Source: Okamejei kenojei
Taxonomy: Eukaryota
Assembly (NCBI GenBank): GCA_035221665.1
Contig: CM069160.1
Location: 23,746,001-23,810,000 of the forward strand
Direction of reading: 5' to 3'
DNA: 64,000 bases
Shown: piece by piece, positions 13,416-24,464 of the stretch
Layout: each line of letters opens with the position of its first letter
How positions within the stretch are numbered: position 1 is the first letter of the stretch
Position numbers and translations under genes: made by a program
Notes under the pieces: model-generated
The model's input: only the letters and a program-made list of their open reading frames with translations
Database searches by the model: none
What the model was told of the DNA's origin: nothing

Positions 13416-16400
13416 GCCAGGAGATTGACTCTGTCATGGCACGGGTGACTAATGCCTGACACTGGGTGGATTAATAACTCTCGACTGCTGGGGAATTCCA
13501 ATGGTGTTTCAACAGCCATGTCGAGGGCCACTGGGAACCATGGCTGTGTAGGCCAGTCGGGTATTATCAAGATTCCTGAAGCGGAATCCAATTGAATCTT
13601 ACGTAATACCCGACTGATGAGGCAGAAGGGAGGAGAAGCATAAAATAACTTTTTCCCCCAATGCAGCGAGAATGCATCAATTGCTGCTGCCTCAGGGTCT
13701 GGTTCCCAAGCGACAAACGTTGGTACCTGGTGATTCAGCCTGGATGCAAATAGATCGATATCTGGTGTGCCATATTGCTTTGTAATTTCAGCAAACATTT
13801 TGGAATTTAACATCCATTCGATGTTATCATTGAATCTGCGTGACCTGGTGTCTGCCACTGTATTTTGCTTACCTGGTAGGTAAGTTGCTGAAAACCAAAT
13901 ATGTCTTTCAACACACCATTGCCAGATTAGGTTGACCAAATTGTCACACGATATCGCCTTAACTCCACCCATGTGGTTGATATAAGCCACCACAGTGGTA
14001 TTATCTAATTGCAACCGGACATGTGCATGATGCGTATTAGATGAATATGCTTTTAACCCATAAAACGCACCCAACATTTCTAAGTAGTTGATACCCCGTG
14101 TCTGTAGGCAAGATGATTCAAATTTAGTCCATCTGCCCCCTGTGCTGGATTGCATGTTAGTTGCTCCCCAGCCCAAAGCACTGGCATCCGTTTGAATGGT
14201 TAATACTGGGTTGGTGATTATTATGGGACTGGAGCTGAGCCTTACGTTCCTTGCCCACCATTGTAACTCTGGAATGGATTCAGCAGTTAAACTCATAGCT
14301 CGGTCCAAGTGACCTGAGTTTTGCTTTAGTGCATGCACTTTTGCTCTTTGCAAATTTTGATAGTGCAAAGGCCCAAATTGTACAGCTGGAAAAGCTGCTA
14401 CCATTTTGCCAATAACTCTGGCTACCTCCCGTATGGTTGGCTGATGTTTATTCATGAGTTCGTTGCATGATAGTGCCAATTCTGATGCTTTCCCCTTCGG
14501 CAGAGTTACAATCATGCGAACAGTATCAATCGTAAATCCAAGATAGTCCATGGCAGTGGACGGTGTAAAATTGGATTTATCTGGATGCATGACAAACCCC
14601 AAAGTTTCAAACAAACGTTTGGTAGCTGCTACTGCCGAAATGGCTGTCTCCAAGGTTTTCCCTACTATTAAAATGTCGTCTAAATACGCCATGACTATAT
14701 GCTTTTGTTTCCTCAATAATGCCAAGGCGGGTTTTAAGATTTTAGTGAACAGCCTTGGAGCGGAGGTTAGCACATTTGGTAAGGCTTTGAATTGCCATAG
14801 CTGTTTCATCCAGATAAATTTTAAGTATTTACGATGCTCCTTGTTTATGGGTACTGAGTAGTAGGCATCTTTTAAATCAATGCTTGCTAGAAAGTACCCT
14901 CTAGAAACCAATAGTCTGGCTGTTTCAAAAGTATCCATCTTGAAATGTATATACCTGACAGACTTGTTTAAAGTAGTTAAGTCAATGATGATGCGACGTC
15001 CACCATCTTTTTTGATTTTAGTGAAAATATTAGACACAAATTCCAATGGTTCATGTTTTGTTCTTTCAATTACACCTTTTGCTTGTAACCTCATCAGTTC
15101 AGCTTGACACTCTTGTTTCCCTTTGACTGCGAGGGTGAATACCCTTTGGGGTATATGCTGAACTGGCGGAATGTTTTTATGAACAAAGTCAATTGTGTAG
15201 CCATGAATGCTGCTGAGTATATACTTGTCATTAGTGATGGATTCCCATGCATCCAAAAACAAGTGCAATCTCCCCCCTGTTGGTATAGAGCCCCTACTGC
15301 TCATATGCTGAGAGGAACCAGACCCACCTACCTCCATGGTTATTGGTGCTTCTTCTGTCTCTTCGCTGGGCGATGAGGCGTCTGCTGGGCTGTAGAGGGT
15401 TGATGTTGATGTTGATGTTGTTGGGGGTGGCGCATTTTCCATGGGGTCCGCTCTGGGCCCTGGCTTACGGGGAATGGTTGCGGACCCCGAGCTTTCACCA
15501 GTCCCATAGTGTGGTCGACGACTGGTGGACGCCAAGGGGTACTGCCGCCTGGGTTTGTTAGGTCTGCTCGGTCCCAAACCTGCCCTCACGAGACCAATGG
15601 TCTTGGATTCTTCCTCTAGGTCTTTCACCTTTTTTGGAAGGTCTTTCCCAAAGAGCAGAATAGGAGGTTCTGAACCCGGTGTTTTGCAAAGTCCCGCAAA
15701 TTTAGGGTTGAGGGCAGGCTTGATGATTTCCTTCCGTAAATTGTTTATTTCATGTTGAGTGGTGCACAGCAGAGCTAATGTGTCTTGCTGATTTGTGGAG
15801 ATGTCCACACCATCAATGGACCGAGCATATGATGTTATTCCTGCAGTTAGCAGTTTAAGGATTTTCTGGAGCTTCAACTCCAGGTTCCTGATGTTCTGCC
15901 CCAAATGTCCCCAAATGTGGCTGTTTACAGCTGGTACATTCAATGATGTACAATTTACTGGGGCTGTATATTGTTCAAGAGCCTCATTGACCACCTGTTC
16001 TTGTAGGGGTTTTGAGTTCAGGTGGTTAATGCTGGCTGCAAGTTTCGGCTCTAACGGCCGACCCGCTTGTGGAATGGCCACGTAGCGGTTGACCACACCC
16101 AGCAGCTCTTCCTGATCCTGTACACCCTGCGTACTCCCGATATCTTCAGCCAGTGACCCCTATTCTTGACCAGCCCAGACCTGGTCGCCAATGCTGCCTT
16201 CAAAAGAAGGTGAAGCAATGGCCAGTGCCGTAAAAGGCACTGAGGGAGTGCCTGAGCTCCCTTGGCGAGTCTGCTGCTGCTCTCTCAGCAGATCTCGCAG
16301 GAGCAATTGCTCCATAAGCCGTTCCATGCGGCTTAGGCGGCTGCCTGTATCGCTCTCGAGCGGTGTGGCATCTTCATCCGAATCGTCGGACACTACCGCC

Positions 16401-16645
16401 CGGTTCTGGCTGCAGGTACCTCCAGACCGCTGCTCAGGCAGCACGAGCGGTGCTGGGCTCGGCTCGGTAGTTATACCCGCCGCCTCTTGCCCCCCCTCCA
16501 AAGAGCATTCCTCAACGGAGGACGAACGGGGGCGAGCTGCAGACTTCTTTCCTCTGGTCTTGCTCATTGTTTCTGAAAACAAGCAGACCACAGAGAAAAA
16601 GACACAAGGCCACGGTAAAACATACCTGTCGGCCCGACTTTTCAA
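13403..16645 (-). pseudogene. DIRS gag-like and RT-RNase H-methyltransferase-like polyprotein region
   Basis: IDLKDAYYSVP, YLDD, IQTDASALGWG, INYLEMLGA, DNTTVVAYIN, DLFASRLNHQ, YASPPF; upstream gag ORF 16160..16645 is in the same frame but separated by a TAG. Confidence 0.9.
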
Positions 16646-18007
16646 TTTGTAGCGGGAGCGCCTTGAACTCCCGTTCGTCGCGGGTGCACTGCATGAACGC
16701 TAATGTCGCGCATGCGTGCTGGACGGGGTCGTCACGTAGTCACTCACGTGACTCCGAAGTAAAACTAACATCGGCCTCTATGGCAAAGGGGTCCTGGAAC
16801 TACCTCTCACTAGTCTAACAGAGGAATACAAGTGTTCCAAAGTAAGACTCCAGATGACACTGAGGGACTCTAGAGACAAGACCATCAGTGCTGTTGCGCC
16901 GCCCCTAGTAACCGGCCGTAAGTGGACACCATCTGATGCAGTACAGCAAGCTTCATCAGCCCTGAGGCACAAAGACGTCGTGGGGAAAGTGCAGCAGGGA
17001 AGAGGAGGCTTTGGCCTTACGACAAGTAAACCAACTTGGCGAAAGGCCACAACATCAGAGCGGAGGACATTGGTGGTTGAGGAGGTGCGGCGACAGGAGG
17101 AGGCCGCAAGAAGTGCAAAGGCGGTCTCGCTTGCCAAACAGGGGCAATGGATGCAGTGGGAAGGTGTGGAGCGGAGGAAGATCAGCTGGAAAGAACTATG
17201 GGAAATGGAATCAAGCAAGATCAGCTTCATGATCAGAGCGACATACGACGTCCTTCCATCACCAAACAACCTCAATCAGTGGTACAGCGGGGATCCAACC
17301 TGTGCCCTCTGCCCAACTCCAGCGACCCTCAAACACACCATGGTAGGCTGCAAGACCAGCCTCACGCAAGGGAGATATACGTGGAGGCATAATCAGGTAC
17401 TAAAAAGCCTGGCAACAGCCCTTGAGAACAGGCTGTGTTCGACCAACTCCTTGCCTCCGAGAGCAAGCAACCCCTCCCACTTAAGGGCGACAACCTTTGT
17501 CCGAGAAGGACAGAAAACACCGAAACATCCTTCCACTAGATCAGAAGAAGGAAACCTATGCAGGGCCCATGACTGGAGGATGCTGGCGGACATCGGCCGA
17601 CAACTAATCTTTCCACCTGAAATTGCTTCAACCAACCTCAGGCCAGATTTGGTGTTCTGGTCCCTTTCACAGAAGACTGCTTACATCATAGAGCTCACAG
17701 TTCCATGGGAGAACTCTGTTGTGGAGGCCTATGAGCGTAAGAAGCTGCGCTACACAGAGCTTGCAGCAGAGGCAACGCAGCGTGGCTGGAACATCAACGT
17801 TTATCCAGTTGAAGTGGGATGCAGAGGATTTGTTGCGTCATCTACCATCAGACTGCTGAAGGAGCTTGGAATCCACGGTCAGGCTCTGCAGAAGACCATA
17901 AGTTCACTCTCAACGCGGCTGAAAGAAGCAGCTGTTGGATTTGGCTCAAGCGGAAAGACCCATGCTGGGCCCCAAATGCGTCATGGTGAATCTTTGAGGC
18001 AGTTTGA

Positions 18008-18128
18008 CACGGGACACACGCTGAGGGCTGATCATCCTGCAGCGGGCCGCCCTTGTGGAGGGTGTATAGTGATAAAAGGCCGAAACACCCAGTGATGCAA
18101 GGGTACACTACTGATGATGTGTCCTGTG
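18008..18128 (+). ncRNA. Candidate permuted, pseudoknotted hammerhead ribozyme with kink-turn in HERO 3' UTR (copy 2, best preserved)
   Basis: CTGATGA 18111-18117, GAAA 18082-18085, GUA triplet ending 18066; stems I, II, III plus 11-bp closing helix; K-turn CCC-AGT-GA-T / G-GA-GGG. Confidence 0.72.
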
Positions 18129-18674
18129 CCCAGCTGTCCTGAAGGTTACCCAGGCCAAGTTATACGTATACGTACCCCCCCCCCCCCCCCCCCCCCGATG
18201 TTGAGCGTCCACCACTCTCAGCAATCAATGAATGTCGTGAAATGCTCCCCACCTACTGGCACAAGGGACTTCTTAACATCTAGTCCTGTGTATTTGATTC
18301 TCATGGGGGGACCTTAAGTGAACCCAAGCTAAGTTAATTAATCGTTACATCATTTTGTTCTTATAGGTGCTCTCATAGGCCAATGTAACTTTCCGCGATA
18401 ATTATTACTGTATTGTTCAACGTTGCGATCCTCTTGTTATATATTTTGGGATATTTTGGATCGGTCACATAATATTACCAAATTCGACTTGTATCTAGAT
18501 TATTGCGGTACACGAGGAAACCAAAGGAGATAACCATAAATATGTTGTTACTTTCTGATTAGACATCTTTCATAAGGAGGAAATAAGAGGTTTTATTCAG
18601 AAGTAGCAGGTGCTATAATAGTGCAACAAAGCTGAAATTGAACAGAACATGCTATTTTAAGGTTCAGCTCTCAC

Positions 18675-18710
18675 CTGCTTCTTTGAGGTGTTTTTTTAAT
18701 TCTAGTATTT
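18675..18710 (-). CDS. Micro-exon (36 nt, phase 1-1): EILELKKHLKEA
   Basis: Minus strand catttttattgtacag|AAATACTAGAATTAAAAAAACACCTCAAAGAAGCAG|gtgaga; paralog of 31314. Confidence 0.85.
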
Positions 18711-18779
18711 CTGTACAATAAAAATGTAAAATACAAGTTAGTATCATTAGCTATGGATAATGGAGTTCTGCATCGATCA

Positions 18780-19320
18780 ATGTTCAGATTTATAATCGCT
18801 GGTTAATTGTATGCAATAGATTTGGAAGAAAACATCGATGGTTTGGTTAGTAGGTATGCAGACGACGTAACAATTGTTGGAGGTGCAGAACGTGAAGAAG
18901 GCTGTCAAGGGATGCATGAGTATATAGGTCAGAAACAGCTATGAGAGGAGAAAGTTAATAGGTCGCATAATGTGAGGTCGCCATAGAGATGAACACAGTA
19001 CTATGAAATGCATAGATACGGGAGCATGCCACGTTATTTTTATCCCACAGATTGGAAATTTCCAATGTTTGAGAATTTGTTAGAGGTAAGGAAGAAAATT
19101 AATGAAAATTTGCGAAAATAAAAGGACGTGCTTGGAAGTCGTCCCAGTGGTGGTTGTGGAAGAAAACACGACAGGTGGCTTTAATGCTCTTTTTGATAGA
19201 CACGTGAGTATGCAGGGACATGGGCAGAACGTATTCTTATGAATTGACACCATGGGCAGGACAAACATCACTGGAGCAATTGGCCGTTCTTGTGCTCTAC
19301 TGCTCTTCGACTCATGTTAT
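18780..19320 (+). mobile_element. Highly decayed CR1 relic shared with the duplicate at about 31420-32290
   Basis: gtatgcagacgac (YADD) remnant and CR1-like 3' end at the same position in both duplication copies. Confidence 0.6.
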
Positions 19321-20666
19321 AACTTTCAAATGATGCATTCATAATTTTTTATCGTCTCGCCAGTGAACATCTGACAATTTGAGTCGCTAAAACATTCGGA
19401 CAAATATTTTCTGAACGGGTATCGTTGAGACTAAAAGCAATGCAGCAGCATTATCTCAAGATCATCTCCGTATATTCATCCATTGCTCGGCTTGGCGTCC
19501 ATTGCCAAATATTAGCAGTTCGCAATATACCGCTGGTATCGTCACTGATAAACTACAGAATCTTTCTGACTATTTGCAAACTATATTAGTGAGGAACAAG
19601 ATACACTTCTAGCTATCTAACTGCAGGGAGTCGTTGGACCGGTCTTCGCAATTGCGTCAGGAAGCATGCGTTTTCGGTACGAGAAAGATAAGTGGTTATG
19701 GAGCAATAGGCGCTGCATTAAAGTGAGTAGGTGGAAATTTCGTTTCCAGGTTCCAATCACATCTTCGTCAATGACATATTGAAATCAATGGTCCTATGGC
19801 CCAATTTGGCTCCCGATTCGCATTACAACCAGCAAAACCGTATGCTTTGCCAAGGACCAAAACACTAATTCGTGCAATTCTCATGGTTTTAATGTATAAA
19901 TCAGCTCATAGGTCAGATGAAATATGGTACAGAATGCTAATGCCAACAGATCTGCAGGATAGTTTTGCATCCGTGCGGCAACGTAGCGTAAATGCAAGAT
20001 CCTAGAACATGGTTCTGAAAAACCATATCAGTATTCCACTCGGGCTGAGATAATTGGCTTCCCATTCCATTATTAACTTATTTGTGCAAGAGCACAAATT
20101 AACTCATTTGATTTCATTTTAACCAGAGATCCATACCATCGCACTCTGGACAATTCTAACAGGCAATTCATATAATTTCCTTTCAACACCTGGCTGCTAT
20201 TCGGGGCATTTATTTTTCTCTGATTAAATGCTATGAAAAGGGATTGATTTGAATGCTCACACTGCAGCAAAATTCACCAATTAAAAAAAATATATATTCA
20301 AAACTTGATTGATGGCAACTTTGCGTATTTTGCTGATGATAGCGCCAGGTTGACATGTCAATCAATAGTAGAATTGCCTAGCTTTCCTTACGAATATAAC
20401 AATAATATTTTGCACAGTCAATTAGCAATCGATGTAATTCAGTCATGCTACGTAAATATGCTACGCGTTAAATGGTATCAACACAAAATATTTTGAAGGA
20501 TCTGTAACACCTTACTTTAACATGAAATATCCATATGATTGGAGGACAACGAATTGTTACAATCCGCCGAAAAATCGCCATCAATCTGGTCTCTCAAAAG
20601 TAAACATGATTGACATCTGTTATGGTTAAAAAAATGAATTGCTGCTGGTGCCAAGTATGCACGTAC

Positions 20667-20693
20667 CTTCCTCTTTTTTCTTCAGTGTTTCTG
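20667..20693 (-). CDS. Micro-exon (27 nt, or 24 nt via tandem CAGCAG acceptor; phase 1-1): AETLKKKEE
   Basis: Minus strand catgtgcccag|CAGAAACACTGAAGAAAAAAGAGGAAG|gtacgt; paralog of 33581. Confidence 0.8.
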
Positions 20694-23600
20694 CTGGGCA
20701 CATGTTTCATAGTTTCATTTACCTGATTATCGATTTCAGCTTAACTATTTTATTCAGCAGCGAATGATTTGGAAAAACAATGTTACTTTAGAAAAGGCAA
20801 TGTTTTTATTTTGCACCAATAATATACCAAATAAAGAAGTTGGTGTAGACGTGCCTAAATACGAGCAAATATGCCACAGTTGTTGAAACAGAGCAAAGCA
20901 AACTATCCTGCAGGGATATTCTTCAAACTTCCTGATATCAATGAGTCAATATTTGGACAATTACTTAATAACTGCCTAAATAATTGACAGTAATAATGTA
21001 GTAATGCTAGTGCCTTGTGAGCATATGAGAACGCTAAAATACAAAAGCACTGGACTAGTTAGTCAGACGGAAAAATGTAAAAACACTGGACTATTAGTTA
21101 GACTGTAGCAACATCCAATATATTAATTGTAAATTATGTCCATTGGGTTTGCATCTTATCGTTAATTATATCTTGACCATTGCAGGAATCAATCCACAAA
21201 CAAATTTATAGAACACATCTGGTTCAATGTAGTTCTGATATTATTCCAAGAACATCGATCAGATCAGGATCATCTCCTTGCTAAGCGTTGAAGGAAATAT
21301 CTTCTTCAGCATAGTGGCAAGGCGGCGGAACAACTTCCTCGCCAGCAATGGCTACATCGACAGCTCGGTGCAAAAGGGAGACTTGTCTGTAGTGCCGACA
21401 TGTCTGAAGCACACGGGTGACCCAGTTCATCAGATAAGCCAGGGAGAACACGGGAAACCTGAACAGCGCTCTAGCTTGACCTGGCCAAGAACTACGGCCT
21501 CTCACAAGCTGATACAGACAGTTATGGCCGAGCATCATGTGCCGGTCGAAGTGGCAGATCTCATCCAGGACAATAACCACCAGTTCAGCATGAATCTCAT
21601 CAGGGTTTCTAACATCAGAGTGGCACAGTCTGGAGGTTGTGATCATCACAGTCTGTACCATCTCTCTGATTCCTTTTGCCTTGGCGAGTAACATGATCGT
21701 CATGTCTGTTGAGCCAGACTGCCGGCACTCTCGCAACAAGTAATGAAGGTGCCAACGACCTATCAGAGCATTCATGGACGACCTGACTGTCCCCATTGAG
21801 TCAGAGCCAGGAGGCAGGTGGACCCTGCAGGGGTTGGAGAAAATGATTGGATGGGCAAGTATGCGGTTTAAGCCAGGAAAATCAAGATCACTGTTGCGGA
21901 AGAAGGGCAAAGTCATGGACAGGTTCCACTTCAGCATCGAAGGGACACCAATCCCAACTATCTCTGAAACGCCAGTGAAAAATCTTGGCAAAGTGTTTAC
22001 CAGCAGCCTGAAGGATACATCATCTGTCCAGGCAACCTGTCAGGAGCTGGGGAGTTGGTTTAAGCCAGGAAAATCAAGATCACTGTTGCGGAAGAAGGGC
22101 AAAGTCATGGACAGGTTCCACTTCAGCATCGAAGGGACACCAATCTCAACTATCTCTGAAACGCCAGTGAAAAATCTTGGCAAAGTGTTTACCAGCAGCC
22201 TGAAAGATACAGCATCTGTCTAGGCAACCTGTCAGGAGCTGGGGAGTTGGTTGAGAGCAGTGGACCAGTCGGGGCTTCTGGGCAAGATCAAATCATGGAT
22301 TTACCAGCATGGTATCCTGCCAATGATACTCTGGCCACTGCTTGTCTACGAAGTCCCAATATCCATCGTAGAGAGATGGGATGGGAATGTCAGCAACTTT
22401 CACAGGATGTGTGTGGTACTGCCCAGGAGCCTTAGCAGTAAACAACAGCTGCCCCAGACGTCCCTGGGGGAGGAGCCAGAGATGTGATGCTGTACTGGGA
22501 CTCCAGCGACGCCAAGGTGGCTCAGCAGGGGTGGGGAGTGAAACCTGGGGGGAGTGGAGAGTCGGAGAAGCCGTGCTGCAAGGGGAATATCGGACACGCC
22601 ACAGAGTCGTGATGGGAGCAGAGGCTCGGGGAAGAGCTGTTATGGGAATCTTCAAAACTCCACAGTTTGACAATGCTAAGGTGTAGGGGAGGCGCCGGCT
22701 TGTCCTGGATGAAGTGAGGGCAGTGGTGGACGGGGAGAGGTGTACGAGAGCAGTTGGATTGAGGCAGTATGGAGCCTCGTCAATGTGGGTGCAGGACATG
22801 GACGGAAAAGTTTCATGGACTGAGCTCTGTCAGGCTGATCCACAGCGCATCAAGTTCCTGGTCCAGGCAGTATATGATGTTCTGCCCAGCCCATCGAATC
22901 CCTTCATCTGGAGCAAAGCTGATCAACGGATTGCCCGCAATGCTCAGGCAAGGCGACGTTGGAACACATCCAGAGATGCTGCCCAAAGGCTCGTTAGCAG
23001 GGCCGGTACACCTGGCATCACGACCAGGTTCGCAAACACACTGCTGAAGCCATCAACATGGGAATCAGCAGCTAGAGTCGAGGTCACCCCACCACCAGAT
23101 GATCATCTTCCTGAATGCAGGCGTGCAGCTGCAAAGAACCACAGCAGCCAGTATTCCATCAGTAGTCCTGCCGATTGCGCAGCACTAGCAGATTTCTTTC
23201 AACCTGGTGAAACAGCTGAAGTTCCCACAGCACATTGCCACGACCACCCTGCGGCCAGATATCTTCGTAGTCTCAGAGGCGAAAAAAACTTTGTCTTGTT
23301 GGAACTGACAATGCCGTAGGAGGGACGTCTGGAGGAGGCCCACGAAAGGAAGATGGCCAAGTACGAAGAGCTGGTAATAGACTGCCGTAAGCAAGCCTGG
23401 ATGGCAAGGTGTATGCCCATCGAGGTTGGCTGCAGAAGTTTGGGGAGCGAGAAATGGAAGTGCAAATATGTAAGGAGATAGCAGATATTAGTTGTAAGCA
23501 CAAGGTAGTGATTGTGGGAGATTTCAATTTTCCACACATTGTCTGGAAAACACATTATTTAAAATGGCTGGATGGTTTGGAGTTTGTAAAATGTGAGCAG

Positions 23601-24464
23601 GATAGTTTTTTGCAGCAATACTTAGAGGTACCTACTAGAGAAGGGGGCAGTGCTGGCCCTCCTGTTAGGAAATTAGACAGGTTAGATGGCGGAGTTATGT
23701 GTTGGGGAGCACTTCGGGTCCAGTGATCAAAATACCATCAGTTTCAATATAATTATGGAGAAGGTCAGAACTGGACCAAGGGTTGATATTTTTGATTGGA
23801 GAAAGGTTACCTATGAGGATATGCGAAAGGATTTAAAATAAGTGAATTGGGGCATTTTGGTTTATGGGAAGGATGTAGTAGAGAGATGGAAGACATTTAA
23901 GGCGAAATTTTAAGAGTACAGAATCTTTATGTCCCTGTTCGGTTGAACGAAAACAGACAAAATTGGAAAGAGCCCTGGTTTTCAAAGGGAATGGGACACT
24001 TGGTTCGGAAAAATAGAGAGATCTACAATAATTATAGGCAACATGGAGTAAATGATGTGCTTATGGAATATAAAGAATGTAAAAAGCATCTTAAGAAATA
24101 CATAAGAAAAGCTAAAAGAAGATATGAGGTTGCTTTGGCAAGTAAGGTGAAAATAAATCCAGCGGGTTTCTGCAGCGATATTAATAGCAAAAGGATAACG
24201 AGAGATAAAATTGATCCATTAGAGAGTCAGAGTGGACAGCTATCTCCAGAGCCAAAAGAGATGGGGGAGATATTGAACCATTTATTTTCTACTGTATTCA
24301 CCAAGGAGAAGGATATTAAATTATGTGAGGTATGGGAAACAAGTAGAGTAGCTATCGAAACAACGAGGATCAAAGAAGAGGATGTACCGACAATTTTGAA
24401 AAATATATAAGTGGATAAGTCTCCACGTCCTGACAGGATATTTCCTAGGACATTGAGGGAAGTT

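Larger units (their letters stand above)
11929..16764 (-). mobile_element. DIRS1-like tyrosine-recombinase retrotransposon, structurally complete
   Basis: Splits HERO at gatgtctaa^ctaacatc with no TSD; inverted terminal repeats (about 11996-12036 vs 16703-16741); internal complementary region about 12155-12265 equals the joined reverse complements of both ends; gag, RT/RNase H/MT and YR ORFs. Confidence 0.95.
9483..18301 (+). mobile_element. Apparently full-length HERO-type non-LTR retrotransposon copy 2, interrupted by DIRS at 11929-16764
   Basis: Single original ORF probably from ATG 9684 (in frame with 9786, TAG at 9696): N-terminal CxC..H..C finger, RT (FRPICLLNVEGKIF, DLANVFGSVPH, AYMDD), then after DIRS the CCHC knuckle CALCPTPATLKHTMVGC and RLE; a few stops and a frameshift. 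Confidence 0.92.

Noticed and set aside
13403-16096. 897-aa ORF as a novel host or bacterial RT-methyltransferase-recombinase system
   Set aside because: Domain order, ITRs and ICR are those of an ordinary DIRS1-like retrotransposon
7211-17635. Long antisense ORFs over HERO and DIRS (e.g. 7990..8454, 11258..11758, 16191..16652)
   Set aside because: Shadows of the opposite-strand TE coding sequence with no independent motifs
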